A stretch of DNA of 64,000 nt, taken from assembly GCA_004297305.1 (NCBI GenBank), contig SCTR01000002.1, forward strand, positions 79,440-143,439, written 5' to 3'. Positions 9,428-17,828 of this stretch are shown piece by piece. Position numbers and translations under genes: made by a program. The stretch's first letter is position 1. Each line of letters opens with the position of its first letter. Source of the DNA: Actinomycetota bacterium (GTDB lineage: Bacteria > Actinomycetota > Actinomycetes > S36-B12 > FW305-bin1). Under the pieces are notes generated by a model. It saw only the letters and a program-made list of their open reading frames with translations, did no database searches and was not told the DNA's origin.

Positions 9428-9712
9428 ATGTGCTGCCTTGCCCTCATCGCCGGGCTCATCGGTCCCCGGGTCGCGTTCCTGCTGACGTGGATCTTCGCCA
9501 ACGACCGGGTGAACGCAGCATTCAACGGTGGCTGGGTGGTGCCGCTGCTGGGACTGCTGTTCCTGCCGTGGACGACCCTGGTCTACACGTTCGCCTGGAG
9601 CGTGGTGGGCGGCGTCACCGGCATCGGCTGGGTCTTCGTCGGCCTCGCCTTCCTCGCCGACTTCCTGTCGTGGACCGGCGGGCTGCGGGGCCGTCGTACG
9701 GCGCGGCGCTGA
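9428..9712 (+). CDS. Small integral membrane protein (3 predicted TM helices)
   Basis: Strong GC3 bias and a hydrophobic product. ATG 9428 lies 7 nt after TAGGGT (9415-9420), suggesting a leaderless start rather than the GTG 9419 given in the ORF track. Confidence 0.6.
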   Translation: MCCLALIAGLIGPRVAFLLTWIFANDRVNAAFNGGWVVPLLGLLFLPWTTLVYTFAWSVVGGVTGIGWVFVGLAFLADFLSWTGGLRGRRTARR

Positions 9713-9778
9713 CCGATCGCGGTGCCGGCGGCGGCCACCTATGGCCGTGTCGCGATGCTGACGACGGCCTCCGGTCGG

Positions 9779-9865
9779 TCAGAGGCGGTTGCGGCCCTTC
9801 ACGAAGAAGGCGACGACGGCGATCACGACGATGAAGGCCAAGACGATGGCACCGGGGAACCACAT
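9779..9865 (-). CDS. Unannotated 28-aa hydrophobic micro-protein MWFPGAIVLAFIVVIAVVAFFVKGRNRL
   Basis: ATG 9865 to TGA 9779. 27 of 28 sense codons end in G/C. Single TM helix with a basic C-tail. TAGAGT (plus-strand coordinates 9874-9879) ends 8 nt upstream of the ATG. Below the ORF-track size cutoff. Confidence 0.4.
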   Translation of the reverse strand: MWFPGAIVLAFIVVIAVVAFFVKGRNRL

Positions 9866-9942
9866 GGCGCCGGACTCTAGCGGTCGCCGCTGCCCACGGC
9901 CGGATGGCGCATCCGAGGAGGTCGGGCGCGTACCCTCGTGGC

Positions 9943-11271
9943 GTGTCCGACGTCGTGAACTGGCCTGAGCTGCCGGCCGCCCAGCAGCCGGCTTGGCCCG
10001 ACCAGGACGCGCTGCGCGCCGCGCTCGGACAACTTCGATCGCTGCCCCCGCTGGTGTTCGCCGGCGAATGCGACCAACTCACCGACCGACTCGGGCAGGC
10101 CGCGCGAGGTGAGGCCTTCGTGCTCATGGGCGGGGACTGCGCGGAGACGTTCGCGGCCAACACCGCCGATTCGATCCGCGCCCGCTTGAAGACCGTGCTG
10201 CAGATGGCCGTGGTACTCACCTACGGCGCTTCGCTGCCGGTGGTCAAGGTCGGCAGGATGGCCGGCCAGTACTTCAAGCCGCGCAGCAGTCCGACGGAGT
10301 CCCGTGACGGGGTCGTCCTGCCGTCGTACCTCGGTGACGCGGTCAACGCACTGCCGTTCACCGCAACGGCCCGGACCCCCGATCCGGGCCGGCTGGTCGC
10401 GACGTACCACGCGTCGTCGGCCGCGCTGAATCTGGTGCGGGCCTTCACCCAGGGCGGATACGCCGATCTGCGCCAGGTCCACGCCTGGAACCAGGACTTC
10501 GTCCGCGAGACCGTGGCCGGCCTGCGCTACGAGCGGATGGCGGGGGAGATCGACCGGGCGCTGTCGTTCATGCAGGCCTGCGGCGCGGACCCCGAGGAAT
10601 TCAAGCGGGTCGAGTTCTACGCCGGCCACGAGGCGTTGTCGATGGACTACGAGCGGGCCCTGACCCGCATCGACTCCCGGACTGCCACGCCGTACGACGT
10701 GTCCGGCCACTTCTTGTGGGTGGGGGAGCGGACCCGGCAACTGACCGGTGCGCACGTCGACTTCGCCGCCACGATCCGCAATCCGGTGGGGGTCAAGGTC
10801 GGCCCCACCGCCGATCCGGACGATCTGATCGGCTTGGTGGAACGGCTCAACCCCGACCGGGTCCCCGGTCGGCTGACGCTGATCACCCGGATGGGCGCCG
10901 GGGTGGTCCGTGACGTCCTGCCGGGCATCGTGTCGAAGATCGAGGCGACCGGGAATCCGGTCGTATGGGTCTGCGATCCCATGCACGGCAACACGTACGA
11001 GGCGCCCAGCGGGCACAAGACCCGCTCCTTCGACGACGTCGCCGACGAGGTGCGAGGGTTCTTCGACGTCCACCGGTCGCTGGGCACGATTCCCGGTGGT
11101 GTCCACGTCGAGTTGACCGGAGACGACGTCACCGAGTGCATCGGCGGTACCGAAGGCGTCGCCGCGGAGGATCTCGGCGACCGCTACGAGACCGCCTGCG
11201 ATCCGCGACTGAACCGGGTGCAGGCCCTGGAACTGGCGTTCGGTATCGCCGAGATGCTGGTACGCCGCTGA
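9943..11271 (+). CDS. aroG: 3-deoxy-7-phosphoheptulonate (DAHP) synthase, class II
   Basis: Class II hallmarks LPAAQQPAWPD, PPLVFAGECD, GEAFVLMGGDCAETF, KPRS and CDPMHGNT. GTG 9943 is 6 nt after TACCCT (9931-9936). The alternative ATG 9904 has no SD or -10. Confidence 0.88.
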   Translation: MSDVVNWPELPAAQQPAWPDQDALRAALGQLRSLPPLVFAGECDQLTDRLGQAARGEAFVLMGGDCAETFAANTADSIRARLKTVLQMAVVLTYGASLPVVKVGRMAGQYFKPRSSPTESRDGVVLPSYLGDAVNALPFTATARTPDPGRLVATYHASSAALNLVRAFTQGGYADLRQVHAWNQDFVRETVAGLRYERMAGEIDRALSFMQACGADPEEFKRVEFYAGHEALSMDYERALTRIDSRTATPYDVSGHFLWVGERTRQLTGAHVDFAATIRNPVGVKVGPTADPDDLIGLVERLNPDRVPGRLTLITRMGAGVVRDVLPGIVSKIEATGNPVVWVCDPMHGNTYEAPSGHKTRSFDDVADEVRGFFDVHRSLGTIPGGVHVELTGDDVTECIGGTEGVAAEDLGDRYETACDPRLNRVQALELAFGIAEMLVRR

Positions 11272-11352
11272 CGCGATCGGCCGGCAACCAAGGCGAGGTG
11301 CCTGTCCGAAATCCGCTAGTCCGGTGGCCTGCGATCGGGTGAGGATGGCGCG

Positions 11353-12858
11353 GTGACGCAACCGGCGACCCTCACCGACGACCACCCGGCGTACCGGGCG
11401 CTGGTCGCGCGGGACCCGCGGTTCGACGGCCGGCTGTGGTTCGGCGTCACCTCCACCGGGGTGTACTGCCGGCCGGTGTGCCCGGCCAGAACCCCGCTGT
11501 CGCGCAACGTCCGGCCGTTTCGTTCGCCGGCAGCCGCGGTGGCCGCGGGATTCCGTGCCTGCCGGCGTTGCCGGCCGGACACCGCCCCCGGTTCGCGGCA
11601 GTACGACGCTCGCGGTGACCTCGCGGCCCGGGCGTTGCGGGCCATCGCCGCCGGGGATGCCGACGACGGCGGCGTGGCAGGGCTGGCGTCGCGACTGCAC
11701 GTCTCACCGCGACACCTGCACCGCATCCTGGTGTCCGAGGTCGGTGTCGGGCCGTTGCAGCTGGCGTCGAGCCGGCGGGCGCGCACCGCGGCCCTGTTGG
11801 TCGAGCAGAGCGCCTTGCCCTTGTCCGACATCGCCTTTGCGGCGGGCTTCGCCAGCATCCGGCAGTTCAACGACGTGATGCAGCGTGAGTTCGGCCTGCC
11901 GCCGTCGGCACTGCGGCACCGCTCGCGGCGGCGCGACGAACGGCGTCCGGTCGAGCGTGGATCGCCGTTGACCCTGCGGTTGCGCTGGCGACCGCCGTAC
12001 GACGTGGCCGCGATGCTGGCCCACGTGGCCGCGCGGGCGGTGGCCGGTGTCGAGCTCGTGGACGTCGCGGCCGGCACGGTCAGCCGGCTGCTCCCGTTGC
12101 CCCACGGGCCAGCCGGCGTCACCGTGCGGTTCGACGAGCCGGCCGAGTCGCTGGTCGTGTCCGCGACCGACGTCGATATCGCCGACGTCGGTGCGCTGGT
12201 GCCGCTCGTGCGGCGCTGGTTCGACCTGGACGCCGCACCGCTCGCGGTCGCCGACGCGTTGCGACGCGATGCCGTGCTCGCCCCGCTCGTGCAACGGCGG
12301 CCAGGTTTGCGTGTCCCGGTGACCCCGACACCGTGGGAGGCACTGGTGCGTGCCATTGTGGGGCAACGGATCAGCGTCGCGGCGGCCAGGGCGGCCCTCG
12401 GCCGGATCGCCTCGGCGTGCGGTGCGGCGGCCGTTGCCGGACCGCCGGGACCGCTGGTGTGCCAGGAGTTTCCGACGGCGGCGACGGTGCTGGCCCTGGG
12501 CACGACGGGGCTCACCGCGGCCGGGATCACCGCGGGGCAGGCTCGTGCGCTGGTCGTGGCCGCCGAGCGAACGGTCCGCGGCGACCTGGACCTGACGGCG
12601 TCGGCGTCGCCGGCGCAGCTCCGCCAGCAGCTGCTCGAGATCGGCGGCGTAGGCCCGTGGACCGCGCAGTACGTCGCGCTGCGTGGTCTGGCGGACCCCG
12701 ACAGCTTCCCGGTCGGCGACGCCGGGTTGCAGCGCGCGGCTCGGTCCCTCGGGCTCGGCCCGCACGATCTGGTGGCCCGCTCGACAGCCTGGGCGCCCTG
12801 GCGTTCCTATGCCGCCCAACAACTCTGGACGTTCGACCCGCAGGAGGAACCAGCATGA
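11353..12858 (+). CDS. ada: Ada-type regulatory/AlkA fusion: Ada Zn-finger + AraC HTH + DNA-3-methyladenine glycosylase II
   Basis: Cys4 Ada motif (YCRPVCPAR..FRACRRCRP), AraC-type HTH (IAFAAGFASIRQFNDVMQREFG), and a C-terminal HhH-GPD (GVGPWTAQYVALRGLADPDSFPVGD). SD GAGGA lies 7 nt before GTG 11353. Confidence 0.85.
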   Translation: MTQPATLTDDHPAYRALVARDPRFDGRLWFGVTSTGVYCRPVCPARTPLSRNVRPFRSPAAAVAAGFRACRRCRPDTAPGSRQYDARGDLAARALRAIAAGDADDGGVAGLASRLHVSPRHLHRILVSEVGVGPLQLASSRRARTAALLVEQSALPLSDIAFAAGFASIRQFNDVMQREFGLPPSALRHRSRRRDERRPVERGSPLTLRLRWRPPYDVAAMLAHVAARAVAGVELVDVAAGTVSRLLPLPHGPAGVTVRFDEPAESLVVSATDVDIADVGALVPLVRRWFDLDAAPLAVADALRRDAVLAPLVQRRPGLRVPVTPTPWEALVRAIVGQRISVAAARAALGRIASACGAAAVAGPPGPLVCQEFPTAATVLALGTTGLTAAGITAGQARALVVAAERTVRGDLDLTASASPAQLRQQLLEIGGVGPWTAQYVALRGLADPDSFPVGDAGLQRAARSLGLGPHDLVARSTAWAPWRSYAAQQLWTFDPQEEPA

Positions 12859-13382
12859 CCAGCGAGCCGCTGCTCACCGACGTCCTGGACACGCCCGCTG
12901 GTCCGCTGGCGATCGTCGTGGATCCGGCCGAGGACGGTGCCGTCGTCCTGTCCGGGTACGCCGACCTCGTCGTCCTGCTCGGTTTCGCCGCCGGCGCGTT
13001 CGCCGGGCGCCCGATCGAGCGGTCGCGTCACATCGGGCCCGCCGGGATCGCGGTCGCGGACTACGCGGCCGGCGACGTCGGCGCGCTGGACCGGGTCCGG
13101 GTGCTGCAGCCGGGCGGGCCGTTCCGGGCCAAGGCGTGGGAGGCGATGCGGGCGATCCCGGCCGGCCGCACCATCAGTTACGCCGAACTCGCGGCATCGG
13201 CCGGTAGCCCGACGGCCGTACGGGCTGCCGGCAGTGCGTGCGCCCGCAACCGGGTCGCGCCGTTCGTCCCCTGCCACCGGGTGGTCCGCTCCGACGGCAG
13301 CCTGGGAGGTTATGCCTACGGGTTCACCGTGAAGCAGGCGTTGCTGCGCCACGAGGCGACGTGGGCCCGGCAGTCGGGCTGA
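12855..13382 (+). CDS. ogt: Methylated-DNA--protein-cysteine methyltransferase
   Basis: Active-site PCHRVV and ISYAELA motifs. ATG 12855 overlaps the upstream stop (ATGA) and is preceded by AGGAGG. Confidence 0.9.
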   Translation: MTSEPLLTDVLDTPAGPLAIVVDPAEDGAVVLSGYADLVVLLGFAAGAFAGRPIERSRHIGPAGIAVADYAAGDVGALDRVRVLQPGGPFRAKAWEAMRAIPAGRTISYAELAASAGSPTAVRAAGSACARNRVAPFVPCHRVVRSDGSLGGYAYGFTVKQALLRHEATWARQSG

Positions 13383-13467
13383 CTCGCCGCGCGCGGCTCT
13401 CCGATGACGCTCGATGCGGTCATCGCCGACTGCACTGACCAGCGGGGGCCGGGTGACGGGCGCGGAC

Positions 13468-15651
13468 CTACGGCGCTGCCGCCGTCTGCTCCAGCGATTG
13501 GCCACCGGCCGGCAGCGCGGTGGCGCCCGGGGTCTGGGCCACCACGCCGGTGACCGGATCGTTGGCGGCCAGCGTGACCAGCCGGTCCAGTCCCTCGCTG
13601 CCCGGGACGTTCCACTGGCTGAGGGTCTTCTGCACGGCAGCCTTCGCCTTGTCCAGCTGCTCGGCGACGATCTGCCGCTGGGCCCAGCGCAACTCGCGGT
13701 CCCGCAGTGCCTTCTCCATCGACGCGGCCTGCTGCGGCGTGGGCTGGAAGCCGAACACCGCCCCGGTGAACACCGGCAGGTCGGCCCGGTAGTCGTGTCC
13801 GCTATTGCCGAACACCCCGGGCACGACGTGCATGGCGTTGAGGACATCGGCCAGGGTGACGAAGAAGGACATGAACGGCAGCCACTTCATCTCCGGCGGA
13901 ACGCCTTGTGGCCGCGTCCGGGCCGGCCCGAGCCACGACGGCTGCTGGATGGCGATCTCCGGGCCGAACTTGCCGATCGGGTCCTCGTGGTGGGTGAGCA
14001 GCACGAAACGGGCGCGAGCGCGGACCTCGGCCGGCAGCGCGCTGAACTCGTCGTACGAGGCGACCTCGACGACCTCTCCCGCCGGGTCGCACAGGGCCGG
14101 GTCGGCACGCCAGCCCTTGGCCCACTTGCTGCCGTCCGGCGTCCCGATGAACAGCGCCCGGTCGACTCCGGCGCGGTGCAGGCCGTCGGTGCCCTGGTGC
14201 AGGAAGGCGTCCTGGGCGGTGTGTGCGCCCAGACTCTCGCCGAACAGCAGCAGCCGTGGCCGGTCAGCAGCCGGCATGGTCTGCAACTTCCGTTGCAGTT
14301 CATGGAAGAACGCGATGTTGTTCTCACGGCCGACCCGAACCCGGTCCAAGGACAGGAACGACGGGCGCAACGAGTACTGGATCCCGGCGGTCGCGCAGTC
14401 GCCGAGGGTGAGGTACTCCAGCGCCTCGGTGAGCACGTAGTTGATGTAGCCGGTCCCCGTCGGCGAGGCGAAACACAACACCTGCCGCTCGAAACCGCCG
14501 AGCCTGTCGAGTTCCTCGACCAGCAGCCGGGCCCGATCCTGCGGGGTCGGCGCGGACTCCAGGCCGACGAACGCCCGGACCGGCTGCCGCGCGCTGTCGG
14601 CGCCCATGACCGACGCGATCGCCTGCGGCGACAACACCATGTTGACGAAGCGCCGACCTTCGCGGCTGAGCGTCGTCCAGTCCACGGCGCTGCCCGGACC
14701 GCCGGACACCGTGGCGGCCTCCGGCGGCGCGCTGTAGGCGCCTTCCACGACATCCCCGGCCTGCTCGGTCGACCGGTAGACGCGTTCGATGCCGAATCCG
14801 ATGCCGCCCACCAGGATTCCCAGCCCCAGGCAGTGGCCGACGGCCAGCCGGATGTCCGAGTGGTGCGGCAGTACGGGCCGCAGTCCGCGGGCGACCAGCC
14901 GGGCGAACAGTTCCTCGCTGCGGCCCAGCGCCACGAGGCCCACGCTGGCGGCCACGCCGGCGGCACCCGACATGAGCGCGGAGGTCCGGGTGTCCTCGGT
15001 CGACAGGTCGTCGGCGGCCATCCCGCTGCCTTCCGGTGCCGGAGTGGCGGTCGCCGCGCGTTCGGCATCGAATCTGGCGCCCCTCCGTCGTTGCGAGTAG
15101 ACCGTCCAGCCGGCGATGGCCGATCCCAGCAGGACGGTGATCGCCGCGGAGTTGACGACCTTCCGGGAGACATGCAACCGGTCGGCCACCTCGTCGGTGG
15201 CGTCGAGTACGGCGGCGGTCACCGCTCCGGCCAGCGCCGCGCGCCTGATACGGGTGCCGAATGTCCGGATGGCTGCCCGCCGCAACGGCTCGCCCGGCTT
15301 CTGGGCGAAGGCGAGTTCCAGGCTGGCTCCGGCGGCGACCGCGGCGACGTTGGTGCCGTGGACGATGAGACGCTCGAGCCGCGGTGGCGGGTCCTCGCCG
15401 GCCGGCCATACCGCCGGCAGGACGCCGGATACCGCGAGGCGGGCCGCCGACCAGTACGCGGACTGCATCGCGGTGACGGTGCCGTAGTTCAGGGCACCGG
15501 TCATCCCCGTCGCCAGTGCCTGGCCCAAGACGGTGCGCGGCATCAGGCTGCGGGTGAACGTATGACCCGACAGCGCGATCGAGGCGTAGAGACCGGTGCG
15601 TTCAGCGAGCGTGTCGCCGAGTTCGGAGAACATCCATCGCTGGCCGCCCAT
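13468..15651 (-). CDS. Membrane-anchored alpha/beta-hydrolase family protein (Abhydrolase_9-like)
   Basis: 727-aa ORF with an N-terminal multi-TM region and a C-terminal hydrolase fold including GESLGA (GxSxG). The start is uncertain: 15651 or the internal ATG 15633. Confidence 0.65.
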   Translation of the reverse strand: MGGQRWMFSELGDTLAERTGLYASIALSGHTFTRSLMPRTVLGQALATGMTGALNYGTVTAMQSAYWSAARLAVSGVLPAVWPAGEDPPPRLERLIVHGTNVAAVAAGASLELAFAQKPGEPLRRAAIRTFGTRIRRAALAGAVTAAVLDATDEVADRLHVSRKVVNSAAITVLLGSAIAGWTVYSQRRRGARFDAERAATATPAPEGSGMAADDLSTEDTRTSALMSGAAGVAASVGLVALGRSEELFARLVARGLRPVLPHHSDIRLAVGHCLGLGILVGGIGFGIERVYRSTEQAGDVVEGAYSAPPEAATVSGGPGSAVDWTTLSREGRRFVNMVLSPQAIASVMGADSARQPVRAFVGLESAPTPQDRARLLVEELDRLGGFERQVLCFASPTGTGYINYVLTEALEYLTLGDCATAGIQYSLRPSFLSLDRVRVGRENNIAFFHELQRKLQTMPAADRPRLLLFGESLGAHTAQDAFLHQGTDGLHRAGVDRALFIGTPDGSKWAKGWRADPALCDPAGEVVEVASYDEFSALPAEVRARARFVLLTHHEDPIGKFGPEIAIQQPSWLGPARTRPQGVPPEMKWLPFMSFFVTLADVLNAMHVVPGVFGNSGHDYRADLPVFTGAVFGFQPTPQQAASMEKALRDRELRWAQRQIVAEQLDKAKAAVQKTLSQWNVPGSEGLDRLVTLAANDPVTGVVAQTPGATALPAGGQSLEQTAAAP

Positions 15652-15666
15652 CGCCGGGATGGCCGC

Positions 15667-16146
15667 TCAGCTGGCGGGCTGTTCGACGAGCTGAGCCAGG
15701 TAGAGCCCGAGCCCCAGGCGCTCGATCAGCTCGAGTTGGGTCTCCAGGTAGTCGATGTGGCCTTCCTCGGAGGCGAGGATCTCCTCGAAGATGCGTGCGC
15801 TGGTCACGTCGCCGACCGAACGCATGTACTCGATGCCGGTGCGGAGTCGTTCCACCGCATCGACTTCGACCGCCAGGTCGGCTCGCAACTGCTCGGGCAC
15901 GGTCTGGCCGATCCGTAGCGGATACAGCCGCTGGTAGTTCGGCAGGCCGTCCAGGTACAGGATGCGATCGGTGATCGTCTCCGCGTGCTTCATCTCGTCG
16001 ATGGACTCGTGCCGGGTGTGCTTGGCGAGCTTCACCAAACCCCAGTTCTCCTGCATCTTCGCGTGCAGGAAGTACTGATTGATGGCGGTCAACTCGCCGG
16101 ACAGCTGGTCGTTGAGAAGCTCGAGGACGCGCGGATCACCCTGCAT
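15667..16146 (-). CDS. bfr: Bacterioferritin
   Basis: MQGDPRVLELLNDQLSGELTAINQYFLHAKM..ESIDEMKHAE..EEGHIDYLETQL (ferroxidase ligands and heme Met). TAGAGT (plus-strand coordinates 16154-16159) ends 7 nt upstream of ATG 16146. Confidence 0.95.
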   Translation of the reverse strand: MQGDPRVLELLNDQLSGELTAINQYFLHAKMQENWGLVKLAKHTRHESIDEMKHAETITDRILYLDGLPNYQRLYPLRIGQTVPEQLRADLAVEVDAVERLRTGIEYMRSVGDVTSARIFEEILASEEGHIDYLETQLELIERLGLGLYLAQLVEQPAS

Positions 16147-16241
16147 GGACGGGACTCTAGCGCGCCGGCCCAGCCCGAACGAGTGGACGCGAGGAGCCGC
16201 TGTCCGGCCTCGCGCGGCTGGCTTTTCGATCGAATGTCCGC

Positions 16242-16454
16242 TCAGGCAGCCGAGGTCCGGTGCGGCCCGACGAGTCGCCCGCCGTCGTGCAGCTCGGTCA
16301 GCGCCGCCACCAACTCGCACACCCGTTCGGTACAGGCGCCGCACCCACTGGTCGCGTACGTCCGCTCCGCTACGGCCTCGACGGTTCGATGGCCCTCGCA
16401 GACGGCGGTATGCACGTCCTTGTCGGTGACGGCGTTGCAGAGGCACACGTACAT
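16242..16454 (-). CDS. bfd: Bacterioferritin-associated ferredoxin (BFD-like [2Fe-2S])
   Basis: 70-aa product MYVCLCNAVTDKDV...SGCGACTERV with the C-x-C...C-x2-C pattern. SD GGGAGG lies 6 nt upstream of ATG 16454. Confidence 0.85.
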   Translation of the reverse strand: MYVCLCNAVTDKDVHTAVCEGHRTVEAVAERTYATSGCGACTERVCELVAALTELHDGGRLVGPHRTSAA

Positions 16455-16503
16455 GCGCGACCTCCCGCTGCCCTCGACGCGCCCGCTCCCGGCAGGCTCG
16501 TCT

Positions 16504-16524
16504 CCAAGGTAAGGCAATCCTTGG
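16504..16524. promoter_or_regulatory. Candidate IdeR/DtxR-family iron box upstream of bfd
   Basis: The palindromic CCAAGGTAAGGCAATCCTTGG contains a 19-mer matching TWAGGTWAGSCTWACCTWA at 15/19 positions. It is centred about 60 nt upstream of the bfd ATG. Confidence 0.45.
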
Positions 16525-16615
16525 TCGGGCACAAGACGGGGCGCCTGCGGCCGGCGGGTCGGCGCCGCCGCAGTTGCGGGGCTGTGCCGTCGCTCGTGCG
16601 GCGTCTGCGCTGTCG

Positions 16616-17653
16616 CTACTGCCCCGTGGCCGGCTTGCGGCCCAGCAGCGGGGCGAACTGGCGTACGGCCTGGGCGAGCGCGCGCAGGTCGCTGTCGATC
16701 AACGCCTGCGGGCCGTCGCACCGAGCGCTCTCCGGATGGGGATGGACGTCGACGATGATCCCGTCGGCGCCGACCGCGATCGCCGCTCGCGACAGCGGCA
16801 CCACCAGATCGCGCCGGCCGCCCGAATGTGACGGGTCGACGACCACCGGCAGGTGCGACAGCCCGTGCGCGACGGCGACCGCGGCGATGTCCAGGGTGTT
16901 GCGGGTCGCGGTCTCGAAGGTCCGGATGCCGCGCTCGCACAACACGATGTCGAGATTGCCGCGCTGCGCGATGTACTCGGCGGCCATCAGCCATTCCTCG
17001 ATCGTCGCGCTCATCCCGCGCTTCAGCATGACCGGCTTGCCGGCATCGCCGACCGCCTGCAGCAGAGCGAAGTTCGCCATGTTGCGGGTCCCGACCTGCA
17101 GCATGTCGGCGTGGGCGGCCACGACCTCGACGTCGGCGGCGTCGACGACCTCGGTGACCACGGGAAGCCCGCTGCGGCGGCCGGCCTCGGCCAGGATCGT
17201 CAGGCCCTCACGGCCCAGACCCTGGAAGGCGTACGGCGACGTGCGCGGCTTGAACGCGCCGCCCCGCAGCAACGTCGCGCCGGCCGACTGTGCCATCTGC
17301 GCGGCCTGCCACGTCTGCTCGGGGGTCTCCACCGCGCAGGGTCCGGCGATCAGGGTGAAGGTGTCCGGTCCGATGGGGACCCGGTTGCCGGCCGGTCCGA
17401 CGTATACCGTCGACATGTCCGGGTGGTGGTCGCGCGAGACCAGCTTGTACGGCGTGGACACCCGGACGACCTCGGCCACACCGGCGAGTGCCCGCAGATC
17501 CACGCCGGACAGCCGGTCGGGATCCCCGACCAGTCCGACGATCGTGCGGGTCTCGCCGCGACTGACGAAGGCGTCGACGCCGGCCGCGCGCACGTGCGCG
17601 ACGACCGCCTCGACATCGTCCGCGGTGGCGTGCGGCGACATGACGACGACCAT
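16616..17653 (-). CDS. DAHP synthase, type Ibeta, with N-terminal ferredoxin-like/ACT-type regulatory domain
   Basis: KDO8P/DAHPS Ibeta motifs (IAGPCAVE, LLRGGAFKPRTSPYAFQG, MLKRG, VVDPSH). About 70 aa of N-terminal extension (MVVVMSPHATADDVEAVVAHVRAAG...). SD AGGAG lies 5 nt upstream of ATG 17653. Confidence 0.9.
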   Translation of the reverse strand: MVVVMSPHATADDVEAVVAHVRAAGVDAFVSRGETRTIVGLVGDPDRLSGVDLRALAGVAEVVRVSTPYKLVSRDHHPDMSTVYVGPAGNRVPIGPDTFTLIAGPCAVETPEQTWQAAQMAQSAGATLLRGGAFKPRTSPYAFQGLGREGLTILAEAGRRSGLPVVTEVVDAADVEVVAAHADMLQVGTRNMANFALLQAVGDAGKPVMLKRGMSATIEEWLMAAEYIAQRGNLDIVLCERGIRTFETATRNTLDIAAVAVAHGLSHLPVVVDPSHSGGRRDLVVPLSRAAIAVGADGIIVDVHPHPESARCDGPQALIDSDLRALAQAVRQFAPLLGRKPATGQ

Positions 17654-17700
17654 GACTACTCCTGGACGGTCGGTCCGGGTCGACCGGTCCGGGCATGGCG

Positions 17701-17729
17701 CGAGCCCCGGCCGATCGGCTCGGGGCTCG
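17701..17729 (-). terminator. Very stable GC hairpin (9-bp outer stem, A bulge, 3-bp inner stem, GAUC loop) between the leader ORF and the DAHP synthase; candidate attenuator terminator and/or kinase-gene terminator
   Basis: RNA CGAGCCCCG-A-GCC-GAUC-GGC-CGGGGCUCG. No U-tract. Lies 47 nt upstream of the DAHPS ATG. Confidence 0.5.
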
Positions 17730-17750
17730 TGGTGGGGGCGGGGTGCCGGG

Positions 17751-17828
17751 TCAGGCGTGGACTACCCGGCGGCCCGCCCGGACGGTCCCGGGCGCGTCAC
17801 CATAGGTAAACCACCACGACGCGTGCAC
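17751..17828 (-). CDS. Candidate leaderless leader peptide VHASWWFTYGDAPGTVRAGRRVVHA (aromatic-codon run)
   Basis: GTG 17828 to TGA 17751. Codons 5-9 are UGG UGG UUU ACC UAU. TACGCT (plus-strand coordinates 17835-17840) ends 6 nt before the GTG, with TCGACG 18 nt further upstream. Alternative pairings with downstream segments exist (see findings). Confidence 0.4.
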   Translation of the reverse strand: MHASWWFTYGDAPGTVRAGRRVVHA

